Shown: positions 8,902 to 18,315, numbered from the stretch's first letter. The stretch: 24,000 bases of DNA from Heyndrickxia vini (GCF_016772275.1 NZ_CP065425.1:1680653-1704652); one strand, 5' to 3'. Notes: generated from the sequence alone by a model not told the origin. A program made the numbers and translations.

Positions 8902-9444
8902 ATGTTATTAAAAAAACAAACAGTATGGTTATTAACAATGCTAAGTTTAGTCGTCGTTTTATCAGTTTACTATGTCACTTCCGAACCAAAACAATCGGAT
9001 ATGGCAGCAGTTGAGAGCAAAGATGGTAAAGAGGCGACAAAGAGTAAAGAAACTTCCAAAAAAGCAAGTAATAAAAGTGTTGTAACTGAATCCGCAGATG
9101 ATCAAGTATTTGAACAAATCCGTCTTCAAATTAACGATGCTAGAAGTAAGCTTAGAGAAGATTTAACAACAAAGGCAGCTTCCACCGATTTATCCGCCGA
9201 TGAAAGAAGTCAAGCACTTGATGAAATGAAAAAATTAACAGAAATTGCACAAACGGAAAAGGTGCTAGAAAATTTAATTAAATCAAAAGGGTATGAGGAT
9301 GTCTTGGTTAATGCAGATGGAGATGAAATGAAAATCACAGTCAAAGCAAAAGACCATGATAAAAAAGCAGCAAACCAAATTGTGCGCCTGGTGACTGAAC
9401 AATTAGGTAATTTACAAAATGTTGCCGTAAATTTTCAACCTTAA
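8902..9444 (+). CDS. spoIIIAH: Stage III sporulation protein AH (SpoIIQ partner)
   Basis: The ATG at 8902 is preceded by AAGGGGGA. MLLKKQTVWLLTMLSLVVVLSVYYV is nearly identical to the B. subtilis SpoIIIAH N-terminus. The track start at 8845 is an overlapping over-extension. Confidence 0.92.
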   Translation: MLLKKQTVWLLTMLSLVVVLSVYYVTSEPKQSDMAAVESKDGKEATKSKETSKKASNKSVVTESADDQVFEQIRLQINDARSKLREDLTTKAASTDLSADERSQALDEMKKLTEIAQTEKVLENLIKSKGYEDVLVNADGDEMKITVKAKDHDKKAANQIVRLVTEQLGNLQNVAVNFQP

Positions 9445-9445
9445 A

Positions 9446-9489
9446 AAGAAATAAAGTCCCTTTTTGACAAGGGACTTTATTTCTTTTTA
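9446..9489 (+). terminator. Rho-independent terminator ending the spoIIIA operon
   Basis: A 15-bp stem, AAGAAATAAAGTCCC (9446-9460) pairing with GGGACTTTATTTCTT (9471-9485), with a T-run running into 9488. Confidence 0.85.
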
Positions 9490-9608
9490 TAGACATTGAT
9501 AGAGTAGGATATTCGTTTGTTGTTATTCAGATATTGAATTTTTACTAACTATTATCGTATGATATTAGTAGCAAGTCATAAGCTAGCAAAATCTAAATTT
9601 ATAGATGT

Positions 9609-9638
9609 TTGACATTGATGGTGTTTCAGCGGGATAAT
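9609..9638 (+). promoter_or_regulatory. Candidate sigma-A promoter for accBC
   Basis: A perfect TTGACA (9609-9614), an 18-nt spacer, then GATAAT (9633-9638), about 40 nt upstream of the accB ATG. Confidence 0.45.
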
Positions 9639-9677
9639 AATCATAGCTGACAAATTCAAAAAGAGGTGTAATTTATT

Positions 9678-10166
9678 ATGAAAATACAAGAAATTCGTGA
9701 ATTAATCAAACTTGTGGATCAATCAAGTATTGATGAAATTGAAATTGAAAATGATGGTTCAATTATTAAAATGAAAAAACAATCCGGGGTAACATTGGTT
9801 GAAACACCACTTGTTACGAATGTTCCAACTCAGCAAGTTGTACAGGCACCAGTAGCTCAACCTGTTGTAGCGGAAGTGAAACAAGAAGCTGAACAAGTTC
9901 AACCACAAGCTATTGCTGACGAAAATTTACATAAAATTGTTTCTCCAATGGTAGGTACTTTCTATCAATCGCCTTCACCAGATAGTGGTGCATATGTTAA
10001 GGTTGGTTCAAAAGTTCAACCAGATTCAGTTGTTTGTATTGTCGAAGCAATGAAACTATTTAATGAAATTGAAGCGGAAGTTGAAGGAGAAATCGTCGAA
10101 ATCCTAGTAAATGACGGTCAACTGGTTGAATATGGACAACCTTTATTCTTGGTGAAGTCTAAGTAA
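9678..10166 (+). CDS. accB: Acetyl-CoA carboxylase biotin carboxyl carrier protein
   Basis: A 162-aa ORF with a Pro/Ala/Val/Gln-rich linker and a C-terminal biotinyl domain carrying [12 protein letters not shown] (biotinyl-lysine motif). Confidence 0.95.
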   Translation: MKIQEIRELIKLVDQSSIDEIEIENDGSIIKMKKQSGVTLVETPLVTNVPTQQVVQAPVAQPVVAEVKQEAEQVQPQAIADENLHKIVSPMVGTFYQSPSPDSGAYVKVGSKVQPDSVVCIVEAMKLFNEIEAEVEGEIVEILVNDGQLVEYGQPLFLVKSK

Positions 10167-10179
10167 GGAGCGAACTTCA

Positions 10180-11529
10180 ATGATAAAAAAAGTTTTAATC
10201 GCAAATCGCGGTGAGATAGCTGTGCGTATTATTCGTGCTTGTCGTGATTTAGGAATCGAAGCAGTTGCCGTTTATTCAGAGGCCGATAAAGACGCGTTGC
10301 ATGTACAACTAGCTGACGAAGCCTATTGCATAGGTCCTAAATCTTCAAAAGACAGCTATTTAAACGTAACAAATATTATAAGTGTTGCGAAATTAACTGA
10401 ATGTGATGCAATCCATCCGGGATATGGTTTTCTTGCGGAAAATGCTGATTTTGCGGAACTATGCAGAGAGTGTAATATTATCTTTATCGGACCAAGTCCA
10501 GAAGCAATTTCGAAAATGGGAACAAAGGATATTGCCAGAGAAACGATGAAGGAAGCTGGTGTACCGATTGTTCCAGGGTCACAAGGAATTATCAATGACA
10601 CAAATGAAGCCATTGAACTAGCTAATTCAATGGGGTATCCTGTTATTATAAAAGCAACGGCTGGCGGTGGCGGTAAAGGAATCCGCATTGCGAATAATGA
10701 AGAAGAGCTAGTTAAAGGAATTAATATTACTCAACAGGAGGCTGCTACTGCATTTGGTAATCCAGGTGTTTATATTGAAAAATATATCCAAGACTTCCGC
10801 CATGTTGAGATACAAGTAATGGCAGATCAACATGGAAATGTGATCCACTTAGGCGAAAGAGATTGTTCGATACAAAGAAGATTACAAAAATTATTAGAAG
10901 AGTCACCATCCCCAGCACTCACGCCAGAAATACGTGAAAAAATGGGAGAAGCAGCTGTTAAAGCAGCAAAAGCAGTTGATTATACAGGTGCCGGAACAAT
11001 TGAATTTATTTATGATTATCGAAAACAAATTTTCTATTTCATGGAAATGAATACGAGAATTCAAGTAGAACACCCAGTTACTGAATTAGTTACTGGTGTA
11101 GACCTAGTTAAAGAGCAAATACTTGTTGCATCCGGTAAACCGTTATCCATTAAACAGGAAGATGTGACATTTACAGGATGGGCAATTGAATGTCGAATAA
11201 ATGCTGAAAACCCTGCTAAGAACTTCATGCCATCTGCAGGGAAAATTGAAATGTATTTACCGCCAGGTGGGTTAGGCATTCGAATCGATTCTGCTGCATA
11301 TCCTGGATATGAGATCCCTCCATATTATGATTCCATGATTGCTAAGGTGATATCATATGGCGCAACGAGGGAAGAAGCCATTGCAAGAATGAAACGGGCT
11401 TTAAGTGAATTTGCGGTTGAAGGTGTTTATACTACAATTCCATTTCACTTAAGATTGTTAGAACATGAAACCTTTGTAAAAGGTGACTTTAATACGAAGT
11501 TTTTAGAGATATACGATCTAATGAAATAA
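10180..11529 (+). CDS. accC: Acetyl-CoA carboxylase biotin carboxylase subunit
   Basis: A 449-aa ORF with an ATP-grasp fold: [49 protein letters not shown]. Confidence 0.97.
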   Translation: MIKKVLIANRGEIAVRIIRACRDLGIEAVAVYSEADKDALHVQLADEAYCIGPKSSKDSYLNVTNIISVAKLTECDAIHPGYGFLAENADFAELCRECNIIFIGPSPEAISKMGTKDIARETMKEAGVPIVPGSQGIINDTNEAIELANSMGYPVIIKATAGGGGKGIRIANNEEELVKGINITQQEAATAFGNPGVYIEKYIQDFRHVEIQVMADQHGNVIHLGERDCSIQRRLQKLLEESPSPALTPEIREKMGEAAVKAAKAVDYTGAGTIEFIYDYRKQIFYFMEMNTRIQVEHPVTELVTGVDLVKEQILVASGKPLSIKQEDVTFTGWAIECRINAENPAKNFMPSAGKIEMYLPPGGLGIRIDSAAYPGYEIPPYYDSMIAKVISYGATREEAIARMKRALSEFAVEGVYTTIPFHLRLLEHETFVKGDFNTKFLEIYDLMK

Positions 11530-11555
11530 TTAATCGTACGGAGGTGCTTGATCAT

Positions 11556-11969
11556 ATGGTTGAGACAAATTCAATGCTAGAAATGGACTACGGAAACGAT
11601 GGATTAGGTAAAGTAGAAATCGCACCAGAGGTCATCGAGGTTATTGCTGGAATCGCTGCTTCCGAGGTTGAGGGAGTTGCACAGATGCGTGGGAATTTTG
11701 CTTCTGGTGTTGCTGAAAAACTCGGTAGAAAAAATCATGGAAAAGGTGTTAAAGTAGATTTAACAGACGAAGGAATTGTTATAGACGTATATTGCACAAT
11801 GAATTTTGGTGTTTCGATCCCAACAGTTGCACAAAAGATACAAGATAATATTAGGCAAGCATTATTGAATATGACGGCTTTAGAAGCGAAAGAAATAAAT
11901 ATTCATATAGTAGGGGTTCAATTTGAAACCCAAAAACCTGAAACTGATTTCGAAACGGAAATAATATAA
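11556..11969 (+). CDS. yqhY: Asp23/Gls24 family envelope stress response protein
   Basis: GKVEIAPEVIEVIAGIAASEVEGVAQM is typical of the Asp23 family. The ATG at 11556 lies 11 nt after GGAGG (11540-11544), while the track's GTG at 11544 overlaps the SD. Its position after accC matches B. subtilis. Confidence 0.88.
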   Translation: MVETNSMLEMDYGNDGLGKVEIAPEVIEVIAGIAASEVEGVAQMRGNFASGVAEKLGRKNHGKGVKVDLTDEGIVIDVYCTMNFGVSIPTVAQKIQDNIRQALLNMTALEAKEINIHIVGVQFETQKPETDFETEII

Positions 11970-11973
11970 TTGG

Positions 11974-12012
11974 AAAGGGTAATCCAATCTCTCTTTTGGA
12001 TTACCTTTTTTA
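11974..12012 (+). terminator. Rho-independent terminator after yqhY
   Basis: The stem GGTAATCCAA (11978-11987) pairs with TTGGATTACC (11996-12005), with an 8-nt loop and then T6. Confidence 0.85.
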
Positions 12013-12054
12013 TTTGTTCAACTTGTTCAAGTTCAATGTTAATTTTGCAAGTAA

Positions 12055-12182
12055 GTTGATTGGAGCGGAAGGTGCGAGACTCCTGCGGGATATGTGGTTT
12101 CGTAAGACCCCACAGACGCGTTAGCGTCGAGGAGGCTCACGGGCCGCCTCGCGGAAAGCGAGTACCTGCAGCGGAAATCAAC
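12055..12182. repeat. GC-rich, hairpin-dense non-coding element (candidate dispersed structured repeat, MITE-like element or small RNA). Possible outer arms extend it to 12016-12196.
   Basis: By hand count, 74/120 G+C in 12061-12180 against 15/60 in the preceding 60 nt. It is closed by GTTGATT (12055-61) pairing with AATCAAC (12176-82). Internal hairpins are GACGC-gtta-GCGTC (12115-28), CTCGC-ggaaa-GCGAG (12148-62), GAGGAGGC/GCCGCCTC (12129-36/12143-50) and TGTGG/CCACA (12093-97/12110-14). It has no SD or start codon, and stop codons interrupt every frame. Confidence 0.6.
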
Positions 12183-12257
12183 AGCCAAGTTTGAACGGGA
12201 AAGTAAATGTATTTGTATGATCTTCTTATGATAAATGTGCTTTCTTTGTTGTTTTTG

Positions 12258-12266
12258 TGATATTAT
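12258..12266 (+). promoter_or_regulatory. Candidate extended -10 promoter (TGaTATTAT) for nusB
   Basis: TGATATTAT at 12258-12266, about 85 nt upstream of the nusB ATG, with a weak -35 element. This is a motif match only. Confidence 0.3.
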
Positions 12267-12350
12267 CTTTTTAGGAAATGTGTAATTTTACAATGTAACT
12301 GGCGATAATGATATTATTCATGACTAGTTTAAAAGGAGTTTTATGTAAAA

Positions 12351-12743
12351 ATGAAAAGAAGAACTGCTAGAGAAAAAGCACTCCAAGCTTTATTTCAAAT
12401 AGATATAAACGAGGCTGCTCCAGAGGAAGCAATTAAGAATATCTTAAGAGATGAACAAAATGATGATTACTTAAACACTTTGGTAAATGGGACATACGGA
12501 CATATTAAAGAAATAGACGACACGATTTCACGACATTTAGAAAAGTGGACAATTGAACGTTTAGCTAAAGTAGATTTAAATATTTTACGTCTAGGTGTAT
12601 ATGAACTTGTTTATGTACCTGAAGTCCCGGCGAATGTAGCGATCAATGAGGCATTAGAGGTTTCTAAACGGTTTGGTGATGAACGTTCCAGTAAATTTAT
12701 TAATGGTGTGCTTTCAAAAATAAAAGATTCGTTAGAAAATTAA
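12351..12743 (+). CDS. nusB: Transcription antitermination factor NusB
   Basis: A 130-aa ORF. MKRRTAREKALQALFQID is identical to the remembered B. subtilis NusB N-terminus, and the C-terminal ALEVSKRFGDERSSKFINGVLS is also conserved. Confidence 0.96.
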   Translation: MKRRTAREKALQALFQIDINEAAPEEAIKNILRDEQNDDYLNTLVNGTYGHIKEIDDTISRHLEKWTIERLAKVDLNILRLGVYELVYVPEVPANVAINEALEVSKRFGDERSSKFINGVLSKIKDSLEN

Positions 12744-12802
12744 TACATTTGAATCGATTAATATTTTAACATCGTAAATACGGTAATTAAGTTGTATAAT
12801 GT

Positions 12803-12842
12803 AAACAAAAAGCTGTCTTCCATGGAAGCAGCTTTTGTTTTG
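12803..12842 (+). terminator. Rho-independent terminator after nusB
   Basis: AAACAAAAAGCTGTCTTCC pairs with GGAAGCAGCTTTTGTTTT, giving a long stem with single-nt bulges that ends in a T-rich tract. Confidence 0.8.
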
Positions 12843-12853
12843 TAAAGTAATTT

Positions 12854-12881
12854 TTGAGGTTATGGACATAAAGCTTATTAT
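12854..12881 (+). promoter_or_regulatory. Candidate sigma-A promoter for the xseA-xseB-ispA(-dxs-tlyA) cluster
   Basis: TTGAGG (12854-59), a 16-nt spacer, then TATTAT (12876-81), about 30 nt upstream of the xseA ATG. This is a motif match only. Confidence 0.3.
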
Positions 12882-12909
12882 ATTTTTTATTATAAAAGGA
12901 TGTTTTTGA

Positions 12910-14253
12910 ATGACAACAAAACCCTATCTTACAGTCCATGCATTAACAAAGTACATAAAAAGAAAATTTGATGTTGATCCACATTTAATTAATATTCATG
13001 TAAAAGGTGAAATTTCCAATTATAAGCAACATTCTAGTGGTCATATGTATTTTACATTAAAGGATGACAAAGCTAGAATATTAGCAGTAATGTTTTCGAA
13101 ATCAAACAAAGGATTAAAATTTCAACCTGAAAACGGAATGAATGTTCTTATTCAAGGCCAAATTACCGTATACGAAGGTAGTGGACAATATCAACTATAT
13201 GTGAAGCAAATGCAACCTGATGGAGTTGGCGAATTATATTTAGCCTATGAACAACTTAAAACTAGACTTAGTCAGGAAGGCTTATTTGCAGCGGAAAGAA
13301 AAAGAAAATTACCGCCCTATCCAAAAAATATTGGTGTTATTACCTCTCCAACCGGTGCTGCAGTTAGAGATATAATCTCTACAATAAAACGGCGGTATCC
13401 AATCGGAAAAATTAAATTAATACCTGCATTAGTTCAGGGGGAAAATGCAGCAAAATCAATTTCAGATGCGATTAAAAAGATGAATGAAATGAGAGAAATA
13501 GATGTATTGATCGTTGGTCGTGGGGGGGGATCAATAGAGGAGTTATGGGCATTTAATGAAGAAATAGTCGCCCGGGCGATTTTTGAATCAAAGATCCCTA
13601 TTATATCTGCTGTAGGACATGAAACAGATTTTACAATTGCGGATTTTGTCGCCGACTTAAGGGCTCCAACCCCAACTGGTGCTGCTGAGATAGCTGTACC
13701 ACATATCGAAGAAATTATGGAAAAATTATTAAATCGAAAGTCTAGACTAATTAGAGGATTTTCCGAAATCGTCCAACATCAACGAAAAAGACTTCAATTT
13801 ATTAATCGATCCTATGTTTTTCGAAACCCTAATCGATTGTATGAGCAAAAAATGGAATATTTGGATTACCTAGCAGAGCGATTGACACGGCAAATGAATA
13901 AAACGGTGCAACACGAATCGACAGGTTATGAACAACTAGCAAAAAGGCTTCAAAGAAATCAGCCTCATCAATTACTTGAACGCGGAAAAGAAAAACATGT
14001 ACAGTTAAATAAAGAATTAAAAAATGGTTTACAAGCGATATTACAATCAAAACAACAAGCGTTTTCGAAAGCGATTACTGCATTGGAGGCGTTAAGCCCC
14101 CTAAAAGTAATGGAACGAGGTTATAGCTTGGCGTACACTTCAGAAAAAGAAATTATAAAAAGTATCGAACAAACCTCAAAGGGTGAAGAAATTCAAGTAA
14201 TGGTTTCGGACGGAAAAATCATTTGTTCGGTTGAAAATATTGAAAAGGGATGA
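12910..14253 (+). CDS. xseA: Exodeoxyribonuclease VII large subunit
   Basis: A 447-aa ORF with an N-terminal OB fold (VKGEISNYKQHSSGHMYFTLKD), the catalytic core GVITSPTGAAVRDI...IVGRGGGSIEELWAFNEE..., and a coiled-coil C-terminus. Confidence 0.95.
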   Translation: MTTKPYLTVHALTKYIKRKFDVDPHLINIHVKGEISNYKQHSSGHMYFTLKDDKARILAVMFSKSNKGLKFQPENGMNVLIQGQITVYEGSGQYQLYVKQMQPDGVGELYLAYEQLKTRLSQEGLFAAERKRKLPPYPKNIGVITSPTGAAVRDIISTIKRRYPIGKIKLIPALVQGENAAKSISDAIKKMNEMREIDVLIVGRGGGSIEELWAFNEEIVARAIFESKIPIISAVGHETDFTIADFVADLRAPTPTGAAEIAVPHIEEIMEKLLNRKSRLIRGFSEIVQHQRKRLQFINRSYVFRNPNRLYEQKMEYLDYLAERLTRQMNKTVQHESTGYEQLAKRLQRNQPHQLLERGKEKHVQLNKELKNGLQAILQSKQQAFSKAITALEALSPLKVMERGYSLAYTSEKEIIKSIEQTSKGEEIQVMVSDGKIICSVENIEKG

Positions 14254-14260
14254 GTGAAAA

Positions 14261-14485
14261 ATGGAAACGCAATTATCTTTTGAAGAAGCAATGGAACAGT
14301 TAGAAGTTATTGTCCAGCGGTTAGAAGAGGGGGATGTACCCTTAGAAGAAGCACTAACGATTTATAAAAAAGGAATGGGGCTTTCGAAGCTTTGTCATGA
14401 TAAACTAAAAATGGTAGAAGAACAATTAACTAGTGTAATTACCGAAAATGGAGAAGAGGAGTTTACAATTAAAGAGGAGGAGTAG
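14261..14485 (+). CDS. xseB: Exodeoxyribonuclease VII small subunit
   Basis: A 74-aa ORF. LSFEEAMEQLEVIVQRLEEGDVPLEEALTIYKKGMGLSKLC is typical of XseB, and it lies immediately after xseA. Confidence 0.93.
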   Translation: METQLSFEEAMEQLEVIVQRLEEGDVPLEEALTIYKKGMGLSKLCHDKLKMVEEQLTSVITENGEEEFTIKEEE

Positions 14486-14487
14486 AA

Positions 14488-15375
14488 TTGGATTTACATA
14501 ATTTAAAATCATTTATGGGGAATGTGAACGACCTACTGGAAACAGAACTTTCCCAGGCTATTCTGAAATTATATGCTCCTCAAAAAATAAAGGATGCCAT
14601 GGATTATTCGCTTCAAGCAGGAGGAAAACGAATTCGACCGACATTGCTTTTGGCTACTTTAAAAGCGTTTGGAAAAGAAGTGGAAAATGGACTGAAAACT
14701 GCTTGCGCATTAGAAATGGTTCATACATATTCACTTATTCATGATGACTTACCTGCGATGGATAACGATGATCTACGACGTGGAAAACCAACTAATCATA
14801 AAGTGTTTGGTGAAGCTTATTCTATTTTAGCGGGAGATGGATTACTTACATATAGTTTTCAAATGATTGCACAGGATTCGAGTTTATCAAGCGAACAAAA
14901 GGTGAAAATCATTGAACTATTGGCGATTGCTGCTGGTCCTGAAGGCATGGTCGGTGGACAAGTAGCAGACATGCTTGGTGAAAAACGACTGTTATCAATT
15001 GAGGAATTAGAATATATTCACAAAAATAAGACAGGAAAACTTCTAACATTCAGTGCGATTGCAGGTGCAATCATAGCTGGTGCATCGAATGAACAAATTG
15101 ATATGTTAGAAAAGTATGCAGAAAATATTGGTTTGGCCTTTCAAATCCGTGACGATATTTTAGATATCGAAGGAAAAGAAGAAATCATTGGTAAGCCGGT
15201 GGGAAGCGATGAGGGGAATGTTAAAAGCACATATCCATCATTATTAACGTTAGATGGTGCGAAGGAACGACTCCATTATCATACGAATCTTGCAAAAGAT
15301 ATGCTTCAAAATCTGAATCTTGATACTAAGCTTCTAGAAGAACTTGCTGAATTAATTGAAGTAAGAAATCATTAA
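14488..15375 (+). CDS. ispA: Farnesyl diphosphate synthase (polyprenyl synthetase family)
   Basis: A 295-aa ORF with a TTG start after GAGGAGGAG. It carries the first and second Asp-rich motifs, LIHDDLPAMDNDDLRRGKPT and FQIRDDILD. Confidence 0.9.
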   Translation: MDLHNLKSFMGNVNDLLETELSQAILKLYAPQKIKDAMDYSLQAGGKRIRPTLLLATLKAFGKEVENGLKTACALEMVHTYSLIHDDLPAMDNDDLRRGKPTNHKVFGEAYSILAGDGLLTYSFQMIAQDSSLSSEQKVKIIELLAIAAGPEGMVGGQVADMLGEKRLLSIEELEYIHKNKTGKLLTFSAIAGAIIAGASNEQIDMLEKYAENIGLAFQIRDDILDIEGKEEIIGKPVGSDEGNVKSTYPSLLTLDGAKERLHYHTNLAKDMLQNLNLDTKLLEELAELIEVRNH

Positions 15376-15408
15376 AATAGGGTATAGAATGAGTATGTAT
15401 GTAAAATA

Positions 15409-15417
15409 TGTTATAAT
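15409..15417 (+). promoter_or_regulatory. Candidate extended -10 promoter (TGtTATAAT) upstream of dxs
   Basis: TGTTATAAT at 15409-15417, about 80 nt upstream of the dxs start, with a consensus -10 hexamer, a TG extension and a poor -35 element. Confidence 0.4.
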
Positions 15418-15497
15418 ACAGTAATCTTATCATCCGACAATTATCGTACTCAGGATATCTAAAGTAAAATCTATGAAATGAAAGTGAGTGATCCATT

Positions 15498-17393
15498 TTG
15501 GATCTATTATCAATTAAGGACCCTTCCTTTCTAAAAGAAATGAATATTGATCAATTAAAAGAATTAAGTAGTGATATTCGTCATTTCTTAATTGAAAATC
15601 TATCTAAAACAGGCGGACATATTGGACCAAATTTGGGTGTGGTAGAATTAACGATTGCCCTTCATAAATGTTTTGATAGTCCGAAGGATAAATTTATTTG
15701 GGATGTTGGTCATCAATCTTATGTGCACAAAATATTAACAGGTCGTGCAGATCAATTTTCTACGTTAAGACAGTATCAGGGATTATCTGGATTCCCGAAA
15801 ATGTGTGAAAGTGAACATGATGTGTGGGAAACCGGACACTCATCCACGTCCTTATCTGCTGCAATGGGAATGGCTATTGCCCGGGATTTAAAAGGTGAAA
15901 AGTCATTTATTGTACCAATCATTGGGGATGGAGCCCTTACAGGCGGAATGGCCTTAGAAGCATTAAATCATATCGGACACGAAAAAAAGGATTTACTTGT
16001 TGTCTTAAATGATAACGAAATGTCCATTGCTCCTAATGTGGGTGCTTTGCATAATATTTTGGGACGACTACGTACGGCAAATAAATATCAATGGGCAAAA
16101 GACGAACTAGAGAATTTGCTGAAAAAAATTCCTGCGGTTGGCGGAAAACTTGCTGCTACTGCCGAAAGACTTAAAGATAGTATGAAGTATTTTCTTGTTT
16201 CAGGAATGTTTTTTGAGGAATTAGGGTTCACCTATTTAGGTCCTGTAGATGGACATAATTACGAAGCTCTATTTGAGCAATTACAATATGCAAAGAAAAC
16301 GAAGGGGCCAATTCTATTACATGTAATCACGAAAAAAGGAAAAGGATATAAGCCTGCTGAAAATGATACGATTGGTACATGGCATGGTACCGGCCAATAT
16401 AAAATTGAAACCGGTGACTTAATTAAACCGGTCAATGCACCACCGGCATGGAGTAAACTTGTTAGTGATACGGTTTTAAAACTCGCTAAAAAGGATGAGC
16501 GTATTGTTGCAATAACACCTGCTATGCCTGTAGGATCAAAGCTTGAAAAATTTGCTGAAGAATTTCCTAATCGTATGTACGATGTAGGGATTGCTGAACA
16601 ACATGCTGCTACGGTAGCAGCTGGATTAGCCACACAGGACATGAAACCATTTTTAGCTATTTACTCTACATTTTTACAAAGGGCTTATGATCAAGTAGTT
16701 CACGATATCTGCCGTCAAAATCTTAATGTTTTCATAGGAATTGATCGTGCAGGATTAGTCGGAGCAGATGGAGAAACACATCAGGGTGTATTTGATATTG
16801 CATTTCTTCGTCATATACCAAATATGGTTCTTATGATGCCTAAAGATGAAAACGAAGGACAACATATGGTTAATACTGCGATTAAATACAATGATGGTCC
16901 GATTGCAATGAGATTTCCACGTGGAAATGGATATGGCGTACCAATGGATGAGGCATTAAGAACGATTCCGATTGGTACATGGGAAACTCTTCGAGAAGGA
17001 AAGGATGCAGCCATTTTGACGTTTGGTACGACAATCCCTATGGCACTTGAAGCTGCTAATCTCCTTCAAAAACAAGGTTTATCCATCAAAGTAATCAATG
17101 CACGTTTTATTAAACCATTAGATGAAAAGATGTTAAAAGAATTATTAGAAACAAATATGCCTATTTTAACAATCGAAGAAGCAGTTTTACAAGGTGGATT
17201 CGGCAGTGCAGTACTTGAATTTGCACATAGTCAAAAATTCACAAATGTTATTGATTGCATGGGCATTCCTGATAAATTTATTGAACACGGAAGTGTCAAT
17301 GAATTACTTAGAGAAATTGGCTTAACAAAGGAAGAGGTTGTAAAAGAATTCAAGCCTTTTCACCTAAAATACAAAAAAGGGCATGACATATGA
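15498..17393 (+). CDS. dxs: 1-deoxy-D-xylulose-5-phosphate synthase
   Basis: A 631-aa ORF with a TTG start. [42 protein letters not shown] matches remembered B. subtilis Dxs along its whole length, including the TPP-binding motif. Confidence 0.97.
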   Translation: MDLLSIKDPSFLKEMNIDQLKELSSDIRHFLIENLSKTGGHIGPNLGVVELTIALHKCFDSPKDKFIWDVGHQSYVHKILTGRADQFSTLRQYQGLSGFPKMCESEHDVWETGHSSTSLSAAMGMAIARDLKGEKSFIVPIIGDGALTGGMALEALNHIGHEKKDLLVVLNDNEMSIAPNVGALHNILGRLRTANKYQWAKDELENLLKKIPAVGGKLAATAERLKDSMKYFLVSGMFFEELGFTYLGPVDGHNYEALFEQLQYAKKTKGPILLHVITKKGKGYKPAENDTIGTWHGTGQYKIETGDLIKPVNAPPAWSKLVSDTVLKLAKKDERIVAITPAMPVGSKLEKFAEEFPNRMYDVGIAEQHAATVAAGLATQDMKPFLAIYSTFLQRAYDQVVHDICRQNLNVFIGIDRAGLVGADGETHQGVFDIAFLRHIPNMVLMMPKDENEGQHMVNTAIKYNDGPIAMRFPRGNGYGVPMDEALRTIPIGTWETLREGKDAAILTFGTTIPMALEAANLLQKQGLSIKVINARFIKPLDEKMLKELLETNMPILTIEEAVLQGGFGSAVLEFAHSQKFTNVIDCMGIPDKFIEHGSVNELLREIGLTKEEVVKEFKPFHLKYKKGHDI

Positions 17394-18232
17394 AAAGCAA
17401 AAAACAACGAATTGATACTCTTTTAGTTGAAAGAGGATTAATTGAAACGAGAGAAAAAGCAAAACGTGCAATAATGGCGGGATTAGTTTATTCAAATGAA
17501 GAGCGTCTCGATAAACCCGGTGAGAAAGTAAATGAAGATATCCCATTAACGATAAAAGGAAAAATGATTCCTTATGTAAGTAGGGGTGGACTCAAGCTTG
17601 AAAAAGCATTACGTATTTTTGATATATCTGTTAAAGACAAAATCTTATTAGATATAGGAGCATCGACGGGTGGATTTACGGATTGTGCACTACAAAATGG
17701 TGCTAAAATGTCATATGCATTAGATGTTGGATATAATCAATTAGCTTGGAAACTTAGGCAGGATGAACGTGTAGTCGTCATGGAGAGAACGAATTTTCGT
17801 TATGTTACCCCTCAAGATTTAGCTCGTGAAATGCCTAATTTCGCTACAATTGATGTTTCGTTTATATCTTTATCGCTCATTTTACCGGTTTTAAAAACAT
17901 TATTGGTTCCATCGAGTGATGTTATTGCGCTAATTAAACCACAATTTGAAGCAGGAAAAGAACAGGTAGGAAAAAAGGGGATCGTAAGGGATAAAAAGGT
18001 TCACGAAGCCGTTATTGGAAAAATTGTCCAGTTATCCCTTAATGAAGGTTATGATGTAGTAAATTTATCCTTCTCTCCAATAACGGGAGGAGAAGGAAAC
18101 ATTGAATTTTTAATCCATTTAAAATGGACTGGTTTAAGTATGGAAATGAATGGATCAAATGCACTTGATTTCACAATTAGGGAAGTAGTAAACGAAGCAC
18201 ATAACGAGTTAACAGGAAGATCAGATCAATAG
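17390..18232 (+). CDS. tlyA: TlyA family rRNA (cytidine-2'-O)-methyltransferase (S4 plus FtsJ-like domains)
   Basis: A 280-aa ORF whose start overlaps the dxs stop in an ATGA arrangement. It has an N-terminal S4-like [11 protein letters not shown], the SAM motif [12 protein letters not shown], and the position of B. subtilis yqxC. Confidence 0.9.
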   Translation: MKSKKQRIDTLLVERGLIETREKAKRAIMAGLVYSNEERLDKPGEKVNEDIPLTIKGKMIPYVSRGGLKLEKALRIFDISVKDKILLDIGASTGGFTDCALQNGAKMSYALDVGYNQLAWKLRQDERVVVMERTNFRYVTPQDLAREMPNFATIDVSFISLSLILPVLKTLLVPSSDVIALIKPQFEAGKEQVGKKGIVRDKKVHEAVIGKIVQLSLNEGYDVVNLSFSPITGGEGNIEFLIHLKWTGLSMEMNGSNALDFTIREVVNEAHNELTGRSDQ

Positions 18233-18247
18233 GATCTGTTCTTTTTT
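18222..18247 (+). terminator. Weak candidate terminator after tlyA
   Basis: A 6-bp stem, CAGATC (18222-27) pairing with GATCTG (18233-38), followed by TTCTTTTTTC. The stem is short and overlaps the stop codon. Confidence 0.35.
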
Positions 18248-18286
18248 CTTGTGTATTTGCCACCATTCGTGTTTATTATGTACATT

Positions 18287-18315
18287 TTGACAAAAATAGG
18301 CTAACATTGTAGTAA
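18287..18315 (+). promoter_or_regulatory. Candidate sigma-A promoter for argR-recN
   Basis: A perfect TTGACA (18287-92), a 17-nt spacer, then TAGTAA (18310-15). The -10 hexamer matches only 4 of 6 positions. Confidence 0.35.

Noticed and set aside
12062-12182. Possible small protein encoded in the GC-rich element (IGAEGARLLRDMWFRKTPQTR / RRGGSRAASRKASTCSGNQQ)
   Set aside because: There is no start codon or SD, and an in-frame TAG interrupts it. The Arg/Gly/Ala-rich reading is the expected artefact of GC-rich structured DNA, so I treat it as non-coding.
12237-12251. boxA-like sequence GTGCTTTCTTTGTTG upstream of nusB (possible Nus-factor autoregulation)
   Set aside because: It has only loose similarity to boxA (GCTCTTTAACAA / TGTTCTTTGAAA) and needs an indel to align. 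It lies upstream of the best -10 candidate, so it may not be transcribed with nusB.
12795-12800. Consensus TATAAT hexamer just before the nusB terminator
   Set aside because: There is no -35 element at a workable spacing (the nearest, TTAACA, is 23 nt away). A transcript would start inside the terminator stem, so it is probably a chance occurrence in AT-rich DNA.
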